From an uncultured delta proteobacterium (GTDB lineage: Bacteria; Desulfobacterota; RBG-13-43-22), in assembly GCA_963743305.1 (NCBI GenBank), contig CAVUPH010000005.1, positions 1 to 50,469 of the forward strand: a stretch of 50,469 nt of DNA. The letters run 5' to 3'. The first letter of the stretch is position 1, and each line of letters begins with the position of its first letter. Made by a program: the position numbers and the translations under genes. Below are positions 9,022 to 18,580 of the stretch, piece by piece. The notes under the pieces are model-generated. The model searched no databases and had not been told where the DNA came from. It saw only the letters and a program-made list of their open reading frames with translations.

Positions 9022-10875
9022 TTAATATGTCAAGTCAATTTTAAAAATATAGACTTGGCCGTCATGGTACTCCATTTTCAACCCGGGGCAGGTCAGCAAG
9101 GATTCCGGAGGTAAAGTCTCGGCGCCCGAATGGGAATAAATGTAGGTGATGCCTTGTTCCCGGATCATACGCCACCAGCCGGGTTCGCCGGGACCGATTT
9201 CGCAGCGTTTCTACGGCCCGCCGGTTAACTTCCTCTATCAATTCTTTTTTTCCAAAACCATAAATAAGGGGGGGGAGCGAGGTCCAGCGACCGGTCAGCG
9301 GCGTGATCCACCAGCCCCCGTCCGTTCCCCGGTAAATATTCCACTCCCAGGGAGTCACATTTATCAGAAATCGGCTCTTCGGCGGGGTCTTTTCTTTTAT
9401 CCAGCGGATGGCCCGAAGATCATCCGGTCCGGCAAAAATGGTATCCGGGCGGATAATCCGGGCCGTCTCCCCCAGCCCCCAAAGGCAAAAGAGACCGAGG
9501 ATCAGCAGGCCGATCTTCTCCGCCCTCTTTCCCTTTCCCGGCGGAGAGAACCGGGCCAGTATTTCAAACGCCCCGTGACAGACTGTCAGGCAGGCCGGCA
9601 AAAACAAAACGATGGCAAAATGGTCCGGACGAAAGGGAAAAAGACGAAATCCCCAGGAAAGGATCCCCAGACCCAAGATAACTCCCCAGACTGTTACGGC
9701 CCGCAGGCGCGCATCCCGGAGAGCCCAGAAACACCCCAACAGCGCCCCGGCCAACAAGAAATAATTTCTCCAGGGACCGAGCAGATGGAAAAGATACTCC
9801 ACATAGCCCGGGAAATAAATTTGGTCCATTGGCGGCCCGGAGGGGGCTAGCGTCAGCCCGACGTATTTTTCGGCCGAACTCCGGATAGTCCAGCAGCCAG
9901 GGGACAATCAAAAGCAGTCCTCCCAGGAGACCGGCCAGCGGGGCCAGGAGAACCCGATCCCAGCGGCCTTTCCCGGCGAAGGCCCAACCGATTCCTTCCC
10001 CGAAAAAAACCAGGACGAAAAGCAGGAGGAGAAAACCGGCGAAGTAGTGGGCCAGCACCGTGCCGGCCACCAGAATCATCTGGAAAATAATCTTGAACAA
10101 ATCCCGGTCGGAGTCGCGGTTTTCCAGAAGGGCCGCCATGGCTAAAGGAAGCAGCACCAGTCCGCTGATCAGGGTATACCGTCCCCAGGTGGCATAATAC
10201 GCCGGCATCTGGGAAACGAAGGCACTGAGCAAGGCGGCTACCGCGGCCCGGCGCGGATCGCTCCAGACCACCCGACCCAGCGCATAGATGGAAAGAGAGA
10301 TGGCGGCATTTAAAACCTGGCCCATCACCAAGACGGCCTTTTCCAAAGGCAACCCGGAGATCCCGGCAAATAAAGCCGTCACCACGTGGAATCCAAAATG
10401 GTAATAAAAAGGTAACCGGGAGATAGGGGTTTAAGTCGGTCGGCAGAATACCGGTTTCCATAATTTTCCGAACGATCAGCGCATGATGGGGGGCATCCAC
10501 CCAGGGGGGAAAAGCCAGGCCTCTGACCTGAAAGAAGCGCCAGGCGATCAGGGCCCCCAACGGGGCGATTAAGGCTAGCGTCCGGCTGTTTAGCCTCGGA
10601 ATGGGCCGGTTCACCAGCCAACCCGTCAGGGCCGTCCCTCCCGCGACCGCATAAAGAACCAGCACTTCCCGGCCGGAGAGGGCCCAATGGAATTCAAAAA
10701 GAGTCAAGGCCAAAAGAGCGGTCAGGGAAAAGCTCAGGCCCAGGGCCAAAGCCAGGCGCTGCAGGAGGTCTTTTTGCGGGTCGGGCCGCCAGGCGAGCAA
10801 GGCGTACCCAGGAAGGACTAAAACCAGCAGGGCGGCCGAGAGGCTTCGTCCAAACATCAGGATCGAGGACTCCAA
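9022..10875 (-). CDS. Second GT-C-like (DUF6541-like) membrane protein, frameshifted about three times
   Basis: Track fragments 9853-10875, 9564-10385 and 9062-9907 join into one protein paralogous to 5369-7780 (PPWVDAPHH, YATWGRYT, RFLINV...GTDGGWW); the corrected tail ends ...VYIFKIDLTY* at 9022. Confidence 0.7.
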
Positions 10876-10903
10876 GGGGTTCCTCTATCCGCGGAATTCG
10901 GCT

Positions 10904-11748
10904 TTACTGATGATTAGAACCGGACTCGATAATAAATCGTTGGACGTCGGCATTGTAGGTGTCCGGGTCTTCCATCAGGAATAAATGCCCCAGGCCTTCA
11001 TAAATGGTCAGCCGGGCGTGGGGAATCCCTTTCCCCAGGGTTAAGGCATTTTCAACGGGCAGCAACCGATCGGCCCCGCCGTGCTGGATCAGGGTAGGCC
11101 GGGTCCATTCCTGGATTCGCCCGTCACATTCAAACCCCCGCATGGCCTGACTGTGTCGCTGGAAGGTAGTCAGTGGGGGACGCTGGGCCAGGCTCCGAAC
11201 ACAGGTACTCGTCAATGAATTTCTTATTCTCCAGGGTCCGGGCGCTGAAAAAGGCCGGCAGGGAGCGGCGCACGTTCTCCTCATCCGAAAGTTCCGGCAA
11301 GCGTGGCAAAAAGGCCCAGTACTTCCGGGTCGGCCGTCAGTCCCTGATCGGCATTACAGGCGGTCCCGGCCAAGATCAGGGTCTTTACCAGGGCGGGCCT
11401 GGTCAGAGCCGCCTCCATCGCCACCATGCCCCCCATGGACAACCCCAGCAGGTGTACCGGGCCGAGAGCTAAGGATTCTATCAGGCTGATGGTATCCCCG
11501 GCCAGATCGGAAATAGTATAGGGCTCGGCCACCCGGTCGCTGTTCCCGGTATCCCGGTTGTCAAAGGTGATGACCTGAAAAGCCCGGCTCAGGGCAGGGA
11601 CCTGGTGATACCACATGGAGGCGGCGTTGCCGTAGCCCCGAATCAGGACCAGCGGTTCACCCGCGCCCTGCAAATAATAAGCGATCCGAATCCCTTGCCG
11701 GGTGACATGCAATCCCGGTTCGGGGTCGTGGGTCTTAAATGGCAGCAC
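10904..11748 (-). CDS. Alpha/beta-fold hydrolase (frameshift ~11290)
   Basis: FDNRDTGNS and GLSMGG nucleophile elbow in the first frame; PTLIQHGGAD and GLGHLF (catalytic Asp/His) in the second frame. Confidence 0.85.
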
Positions 11749-11782
11749 CTGCCGCTCCCTTTCGAATCAGGACATTTTTCCG

Positions 11783-12847
11783 TTATTCAAACAATCCCCG
11801 CTCCATGGCTATGCGGGTGAAGGTTTCCACCACATTGGCGGGAGGTACATACTGGTCTTTCTCGTCCTTGGGAAGGAGGTCAATGGCCGCCCCGCTGCAG
11901 GTGGGCACGCAAAGGCCGCAGCCGATGCAGCGATCTAAGTCGATCTCGGCCTTTCCGTCGACCATCTGGATAGCTCCCATCTGGCAGCGGTCCAGGCAGA
12001 CCTCACAGCCGATACAGTCCTCCTCCCGGATCTGCGCGTAGAAATTGGAATGGACGACCTCGGCCGGTTTAGGATGGCGACGGATGTTTTTCAAAATCTG
12101 ACAGCAATCTCCGCAACAGAGGCAGATATTAATAATCTTTTTAGCGTTGGTCGGCTGTAGTACCAGACCTTCCTCTTCCGCTTTCTTAAGAATCCCCAGG
12201 GCTTCCTCCTGATCGATAACCCGGCCGATTCCGTTTTTTTCATAGTAGTGCGCCCCGCCGGAGAATACCAGACAGGTCTCCACCGATTTCCCGCAACCCT
12301 TACCGACCAGGGCATGTTCTTTCCGGCAAATGCAGGGAGCGACCAGGATCTTGCTCTGCGCTTCGATCAGGCGCCGGGCTTCATCATAGGGCAGGACCGA
12401 TCCCTCCCCTTGAAGACTGGCCCCGATGGGGATGGTCCGCAACTGCTGGGTCTTCAAACGGGTCATGGACCCAAACAGCGTGGGAATGTATTCATTCATG
12501 TCTTTAATGAGTTCCAGATCCAGGTCATTGACGTGGTACTCCCAGATACCGATCACGTATTGAGCCGCCATGTAGAGCGGCCCTTCCGGCCGGTCGGCCC
12601 GAAGTATCAACCCCTTGAGGGACATCTCGGATAACTGGTCGGCCAGGTCCTCAACCGGACGCCCGGCGCGCTCGGCAATCTGCTCCACCGTTTCCGGAGC
12701 CATTTGGAGCAGACAAGCCAGTTCGGCCTCTCCCTCGGTAAATAAACGCCTGAGAATACGCAGTTCCACCCCGGACTCGGTTCGAGGAAAACCCGCCGGT
12801 AACCGATCCAAATGGTTAGCCAACTTTTCATACAGCCCCTCGGTCAT
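11783..12847 (-). CDS. 4Fe-4S binding protein (HTH-like N-terminus, Cys-rich middle, 2x[4Fe-4S] ferredoxin C-terminus)
   Basis: CICR, CLCCGDCC, CIGCEVCLDRC and CIGCGLCVPTC motifs; ATG 12847 preceded by AGGAGG. Confidence 0.85.
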   Translation of the reverse strand: MTEGLYEKLANHLDRLPAGFPRTESGVELRILRRLFTEGEAELACLLQMAPETVEQIAERAGRPVEDLADQLSEMSLKGLILRADRPEGPLYMAAQYVIGIWEYHVNDLDLELIKDMNEYIPTLFGSMTRLKTQQLRTIPIGASLQGEGSVLPYDEARRLIEAQSKILVAPCICRKEHALVGKGCGKSVETCLVFSGGAHYYEKNGIGRVIDQEEALGILKKAEEEGLVLQPTNAKKIINICLCCGDCCQILKNIRRHPKPAEVVHSNFYAQIREEDCIGCEVCLDRCQMGAIQMVDGKAEIDLDRCIGCGLCVPTCSGAAIDLLPKDEKDQYVPPANVVETFTRIAMERGLFE

Positions 12848-12930
12848 AATTCCTCCTGAACAATATTTATTCATCGGTTTCTCAACGGGTAAGAACTACC
12901 GTCTTTATCCCGAACCGTCAAGGAATTTTT

Positions 12931-13090
12931 ACCCTTCGCGGAGTTTACCCTGAGCCGGAGTACGAGACCCTTCGCGGAGTTTACCCTGAGCCGGAGTACG
13001 AGATCTTTCTTCGCTCAAATTGATAGGCGAAGGGCTCAAATTGACAGTCGAAGGGCTCGAATTGACAGAAAGTGAAGGGTTCCGGGTGGC
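12931..13090. repeat. Nested REP-like palindromic cluster with a perfect 36-bp tandem duplication
   Basis: ACCCTTCGCGGAGTTTACCCTGAGCCGGAGTACGAG occurs twice (12931-13002), then three GCTC(A/G)AATTGA(T/C)AG..GAAGGG units; CCCTTCG and CGAAGGG arms are complementary. Confidence 0.85.
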
Positions 13091-13144
13091 CGTTCGGGAC
13101 TTTTTACGAACATCATTTTAGGTTAGCCTTAGGGGGGTCCCTCT

Positions 13145-13153
13145 TGCTATAAT
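13145..13153 (+). promoter_or_regulatory. Extended -10 promoter element (TGCTATAAT) for pgk
   Basis: Perfect TGnTATAAT ~55 nt upstream of the pgk ATG, which has an AAGGAGG SD. Confidence 0.6.
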
Positions 13154-13208
13154 AGAATTTTATTCCATGTCTTTTGGTGAGCCTTAAAATTTCTTTAAGG
13201 AGGAAACC

Positions 13209-14519
13209 ATGAATCAAGCCGCCCTGGATCCTCAATTGCCCTTGATGCAGGAGGCCGACCTGCGCGACAAGGTCGTCCTGCTGCGGGTCGATCACAACGT
13301 GGTCAAAAAGGGCCTCATTCGCGACCCCTACCGGATCGAACAAACCTTCGGCACCCTCTATAACATCGTCGAGCGCGGCGGTCGCCCTATCCTGATGACC
13401 CATGTGGGGCGCCCCAAAGACAAGAAGACGGGGGAGATCGCCTGTACCCCGGACAGCGCCGTTGAACCCATCGTCCGCTACCTGGAACAGAAGCTGCACA
13501 CCTCCTTTCATATTCCTTCCTTTCCGGCGGAAGGGGCCAAGGGAATCCCTCACCTGGATACCTCCATCAACCTGGCGATCAAGGAACTGCGGGGACACAA
13601 AACCGGGGGGATTTATCTTCCCAACACCCGCTGGTTCCAGGGCGAGGAGAGCAAAGGACCGGAGCGGGAGGCCTTCACCCGGCAACTGGCCGGGCTGGCC
13701 GACGTCTATATCAACGACGCCTTCGGCTCCTGGCAGTCCCATGCCTCCACCGTAGACATCACCCGTTATCTGCCCTCCTATGCCGGTTTCCTGATGCAAA
13801 AAGAGATCAGCAACCTGGACCGGGTCCTGAACCCGGACCGTCCTTTTCTGGCCGTAGTGGCCGGCGCCAAGTACGACACCAAAATCGGGCCCCTCAATAA
13901 ACTCTATGAAAAGGTCGATCACCTGATTTTGGGAGGAGTGATCTACAATACCTACCTGGCGGCCAAAGGAGGGGTGAGCATCGCCGGGGTTTCCGACAGT
14001 GATGTCCAGGCCGCCCAGGCCCTGGTGGCTATGGATGCCCGGGAGAAGAAAATCGTCGAGCTGCCGCAGGTAGTTGAGAGCCAGTCCCTGGAGCCACCCT
14101 TTCAGGGCCAATTCCGGACCATCCCGGTCGGAGGATTGAAACCCGGACAGCGGTACGGGTACCTGCTCGATATTGCCCCGGAGTCTTTTGAGGACCCGCG
14201 GGTCAAGGAAGTCCTCCTGGCGGCCAAGACCATCTTCGTCAACGCCGTCATGGGGTACACTCCTCACTTCACCGAAGGCTCCAAGGCCCTGGACCAGGCT
14301 ATCGACAAAAACCGGACGGCCTATAAGATGTACGGGGGGGGCGACACCCTTCAGGAATTCAAGGACCTCAACCCCGGGCTATATCTGAGTGTGATCGACA
14401 ACACGCAGTATTATTTCTTCACCGGCGGGGGAAGCGTGCTGACGGCTATTGAAGCCGGCACGCCCTACGGTCTCAAACCCGTACAGGCCCTGATGGAAAA
14501 CGGCGGGAAGCAGCCCTGA
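13209..14519 (+). CDS. pgk: Phosphoglycerate kinase (divergent type)
   Basis: LRVDHNV, THVGRP, PNTRW, YINDAFG..HAS, GAK..KI, GGGDT and TGGG motifs. Confidence 0.9.
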   Translation: MNQAALDPQLPLMQEADLRDKVVLLRVDHNVVKKGLIRDPYRIEQTFGTLYNIVERGGRPILMTHVGRPKDKKTGEIACTPDSAVEPIVRYLEQKLHTSFHIPSFPAEGAKGIPHLDTSINLAIKELRGHKTGGIYLPNTRWFQGEESKGPEREAFTRQLAGLADVYINDAFGSWQSHASTVDITRYLPSYAGFLMQKEISNLDRVLNPDRPFLAVVAGAKYDTKIGPLNKLYEKVDHLILGGVIYNTYLAAKGGVSIAGVSDSDVQAAQALVAMDAREKKIVELPQVVESQSLEPPFQGQFRTIPVGGLKPGQRYGYLLDIAPESFEDPRVKEVLLAAKTIFVNAVMGYTPHFTEGSKALDQAIDKNRTAYKMYGGGDTLQEFKDLNPGLYLSVIDNTQYYFFTGGGSVLTAIEAGTPYGLKPVQALMENGGKQP

Positions 14520-14548
14520 TCCGGGATTATATTAAATCTGAAAAGACA

Positions 14549-14628
14549 AACGTCGAACATCGAACATCCAACATCGAATGGCTTCGGTCAGGGAGGTTGG
14601 TATTTCAAGGTTGGCGTTCGATGTTCAT
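14549..14628. repeat. AACATCG heptamer array plus inverted partial copy
   Basis: aacgtcg aacatcg aacatcc aacatcg ... gttggcgttcgatgttcat. Confidence 0.8.
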
Positions 14629-14668
14629 TTAGTTTGTAAACAGAAACAAACATCCAGCGGGGCTCCAC

Positions 14669-15412
14669 TTGCTCGAACACACCTTCGTACATATCCCGGG
14701 CATCGGGTCGAAGACCGAGCAGGGAATTTGGTCCAAGGGGCTGCTAACCTGGGAGGATTTTTTGCGATACGATGGGGAGGTCTTTTCCGGGGAACGGGAC
14801 CATTTCATCCGTCGTGAACTGGAGGCCTCGCAGGCCCACCGGGAAGATCTTGATTTCTTCTGGCAGCGCCTGCCGCCGAGTGAAAAATGGCGGCTCTATA
14901 CGGCCTTTCAGCACCAAGCGGTCTATCTGGACATCGAGACCACCGGAGGTTTTCAGGGAGTCGATGAAATCACCCTGATCGGAATATATGACGGTCAACA
15001 AGTCCGGACCTTCATCAACGGAAGCACCCTGGATGAATTTGAAACGGCGCTCGCTCCGGATGCCTTGCTCATCACGTACAACGGGAGCGGGTTCGATCTC
15101 CCTTTTATCCGCCGCTGGTTTCGTCACCTTCACTTGCCTCCGGCCCATATCGACCTGCGGCACCTGCTCCATCGGTTGGGGTATCGGGGGGGTCTCAAGG
15201 CGATTGAAAAACAGGTGGGCATCTCCCGGGACCCCGATCTGGATGGTCTAGACGGCTTTGACGCGGTGATGCTCTGGAAGGCCTATCAGTGGGGCGACGA
15301 ACCCTCTTTACAACGCCTGATCCGTTACAATACCTTGGATATCGTCAACCTGGAACCCCTGATGGAACTCTGTTTTCGAAGACTGAGAAACGCCCTGGGG
15401 GCGTTTCTCTAA
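14669..15412 (+). CDS. RNase H-like (DEDD; YprB/RNase_H_2-type) exonuclease
   Basis: IPGIG HhH-like start, YLDIETTG, TYNGSGFDLPF, GGLKAIEK and YN..D motifs; TTG start. Confidence 0.85.
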   Translation: MLEHTFVHIPGIGSKTEQGIWSKGLLTWEDFLRYDGEVFSGERDHFIRRELEASQAHREDLDFFWQRLPPSEKWRLYTAFQHQAVYLDIETTGGFQGVDEITLIGIYDGQQVRTFINGSTLDEFETALAPDALLITYNGSGFDLPFIRRWFRHLHLPPAHIDLRHLLHRLGYRGGLKAIEKQVGISRDPDLDGLDGFDAVMLWKAYQWGDEPSLQRLIRYNTLDIVNLEPLMELCFRRLRNALGAFL

Positions 15413-15501
15413 ACCAGCGTGAGAAGTTATTTCCCTTCGGTTCTTGAGCAGATTGAGGGGCCGCACCTGCCGGACTCCGATCCAATCCCCCAGAAAGATC
15501 A

Positions 15502-15571
15502 TGTACGAGTAGGTGTACGAGTAACCCCACTCAGCTACGGGGTTCCGTACTCGTACACGTACTCCTACACG
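15502..15571. repeat. Inverted hexamer repeat hairpin between convergent genes (possible terminator)
   Basis: GTACGAGTAGGTGTACGAGTA...TACTCGTACACGTACTCCTACAC arms around an ACCCC/GGGGT stem. Confidence 0.7.
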
Positions 15572-15593
15572 CAATCACCCGTGTGCCCCGCTC

Positions 15594-18114
15594 CTAGGGT
15601 TTGGGCAAAGAGCCCAGCACCCGGCTCAATTCCTGCAGGGTATAAGGCTTGGCCATAACCCCTTTGAACCCATGGGCCTGGTAGTCGGACATGACCGGGT
15701 CCGAGGAATATCCGCTGGAGGCTATGGCCCGGACTTCAGGATCAAATTCCAACAGTTTCTGTAACGCCTCCAAGCCGCCCATCCCGCCGGCAACGGTTAA
15801 ATCCATAATCAATAGATCAAAAGGTTGATCGATCTTTTTGGCCACCCGATAAATTTTAACCGCCTCGGCGCCGTCCTGCGCCTGCGCTACTTCAAAGCCC
15901 AGACGAGTAAGCATTTCTCCCAAGACTTCCCGGACAATGGCTTCGTCATCCATCACCAGGATTCGGCCCTGTCCCCTGACCAATGGCAAAAACGTCTCTT
16001 CCTGAACCGACGGGGTCTTCCCGGAGGCCGGCAGGGTGAGGCGAAAAGTAGCCCCTTTCCCGGTTTCCGATTCCACCGTGATCAAACCGTCGTGTCTTTT
16101 AATAATGGAATAAACCGTAGACAACCCCAGACCGCTGGCTCCCGGTTTGGTGCTAAAAAATGGATCAAAAACCTTGGAAAGGTTTTCTTTGGGGATCCCG
16201 ATCCCCTGATCTGTAAACCAGATCTGGACATAGCGCCCTTCCCGGAGCGAAATCCCCTCCCCGGCGGTTATGGTTCTGTTTTCCATCCCCACCTGAAAAA
16301 TCCCTCCTTCGGGCATGGCCTCGTCGGCGTTGATCACCAGGTTATGGATGACCTGCTGGAACTGACCCTGGTCAAAATCGACCGCCCAGATGTCGGCTGG
16401 AATGAAAAATTCCGCTTTCAACTTCGAGCCGCGCAGGGCAAAGGTAACCGCCTCCTGGACATATTCAGCCATGGAGGCCGTGGTTTTGACCGGCGCGCCT
16501 CCCCGGGAAAAGGTCAGTAACTGCTGGGTAAGTTCCCTGGCCAGATAAGAAGCCTTCTCGGCCTCATCCAGGCGTTTTCGGACTTTTTCCGCATCCTGAG
16601 CAAACATCTTAGCCAGGGAAATATTGCCCATAATGCCCGTCAAAATATTATTAAAATCGTGGGCGATGCCGCCGGCCAGGACCCCGATGGATTTGAGCTT
16701 TTCATATTTGAGCAATTCATCCGACAATCGCTGTTCATCCGTTATATCCCGGAAAACCAGCACCACGCCGATCATGTTTCCGTTCCGGTCTCGGATCGGT
16801 GCTCCACTATCGGCGATTATTCTTTCCTGCCCGTTTCGGTTGATCAGCACCGAGGGGGCCGCCAGTAGTTCTGTTTGGCCGCTCAAAAGTACTCTTTCCA
16901 CCGGGTTCTGGCACCGGTCCCGAGTCTTTTCGTCGACCAGGCAAAAAACCTCCTGCAACGACCGGCCGAAAGCCTCCTCTTGGCTCCAACCGGTCTGGCT
17001 TTCCGCTACCTGGTTGAGCATGACCACCCGTCCCTCCATATTCGTGGTGATCACGCCGTCCCCGATGGAGCGCAAGGTGACCGCCAGCCGTTCTTTTTCA
17101 GCCGCCAGTTCCTCCTCGGCCTTTTTCCGTTCGGAAATTTCCTCCACAATGCCCATGGCTCCCCTGATTCTGCCCTCCCGGCTGAACAGCGGGGCCGTGC
17201 GCATGGAGATGGAAATGACGGCCGGGCCGGTGGTGGCGGAATAGGGTCCTTCGTAATACCCCGACGTCCCGGCGATGGCCATTTCTAGAGAAGGCAGCAC
17301 TCGCTGGTCTTTCAAGGTTTTCATGTCCAGATTGAGCAATTTTTCCCGGCTGGATCGAAGGATGGACACAAAATGATCGTTGCAGTCCGTGATATGCAAC
17401 CGATGGTCGTAATGAAAAATACCTACCGGAGATTGTTCAAAAAGCAGCCGATAGCGTTCCTCCTTCTCCTGAAGGTCCGACTCGGCCTTTCGATAATCCG
17501 TGATGACCCCCATCAGGGTTCGGGTTTCTTTATTGATCAATTGCCCCAATTTGGCGATCAGTTCATTTTCGGAATCTTCGTGGGCGACTACCGCGAGATT
17601 GCCGCCGGCGATCCGGTTCAGGGTATCGTAGTGCTGACAAAGGCCCATGGCCAGCTCATGACTCTGGTCGACCATCTCCTGCACGCTTTCACCCATCTGG
17701 TTGAGAACCTCTTCCAATTTTACCAGCATTTTATTGGGGCTGACTATTTTTACCCGGGCGGTCGGATCGCCCAAGCAGAGTTTCCGGACCATCTCCACGC
17801 TCTGCGAAAGGCCGATGCCCAAATCCAGATTCATGGCCTGCAATTCCCGCATCCCGGTCACGCAGTGCCCGAGTGATCTCCTTAAATTGACGGCCGACTA
17901 CTTGGCAGACCTCCTGCATGTTTGAGGGATCGATCGATTGTTTGAAATATTCGCATTCCAGGCACATTTCGATTTTTTCGATGAACAGCCCCTGGATCTC
18001 ATTCCGGCAAAAGGTCCCGGAAACCAGCCAACAGCGGGGCTCCCTCTGAATAACTACCGGGCAGTCCTTCTCAGCACAGTTGAAAAAATCCCAACAATTC
18101 ATCTTTTCGGCCAT
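15594..18114 (-). CDS. Cytoplasmic hybrid sensor histidine kinase: Cys-rich two-CW domain, HAMP-like linkers, 2 PAS, HisKA, HATPase, REC (frameshift ~17850)
   Basis: Removing one G in GCGGGAA joins 17731-18114 (CWDFFNC...CP...CWLVSGTFC...CLEC) to 15594-17861 (AHDFNN H-box, NLVINA, GLGL, receiver). Confidence 0.85.
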
Positions 18115-18154
18115 GGCCGGCCTCCTTTAATTCGCTCCAGGCAAATAAAACTGA

Positions 18155-18379
18155 TCAAAACTGAATCTGAATCCTCTTCTGATAACCGCCTTCATCCCGC
18201 ACCGAGAGAAACGTTTTCTCTAAACGTTCACACCAGACTCGCACATCCCGTTCAAAGGTGGGACAATCCCCCAGTACTTCCAGGATATCCCCCGGATTCA
18301 AATCCGGAGAAAGCACGGCGATTTTGAGCACCGGCTGCGGGCATTTTAAACCCAGGGTATTCAGGGCCACAACTCCCAT
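18155..18379 (-). CDS. tusA: TusA-family sulfur carrier protein
   Basis: 74 aa with LGLKCPQP (CPxP); AGGAGG SD. Confidence 0.85.
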   Translation of the reverse strand: MGVVALNTLGLKCPQPVLKIAVLSPDLNPGDILEVLGDCPTFERDVRVWCERLEKTFLSVRDEGGYQKRIQIQF

Positions 18380-18467
18380 TTGTTCCTCCTCGGTTCATCC
18401 CGGCCCATGAACGGGGGGGAGAACGCTAATACGAAAATAGAGATTGGTGGTTATTCCCGCTCCCTTA

Positions 18468-18580
18468 AAATCCCCCTGAATCCCCCTTTGCCAGAGGGGG
18501 ACTTGGACTCCCCCCTTAGGAAAAGGGGGGCTGGGGGGGATTTTCATGCTTCGCGGGCGCCCGCCCCGGGGGTGAGGGTA
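18468..18580. repeat. REP-like CCCCCTTT/AAAGGGGG palindrome fused to an ATTTTCATGC element, overlapping the mvhA 3' end
   Basis: AAATCCCCCTGAATCCCCCTTTGCCAGAGGGGGA...CCCCCCTTAGGAAAAGGGGGGCTGGGGGGATTTT; similar architecture at 44949-45033. Confidence 0.8.

Noticed and set aside
12931-13002. 36-bp direct repeat as a CRISPR array
   Set aside because: Only two copies, no spacer between them, and no cas genes.
13113-14267. 384-aa minus-strand ORF and similar long antisense ORFs (19206-20093, 39019-39795)
   Set aside because: They lie opposite well-supported genes and show no recognisable motifs.
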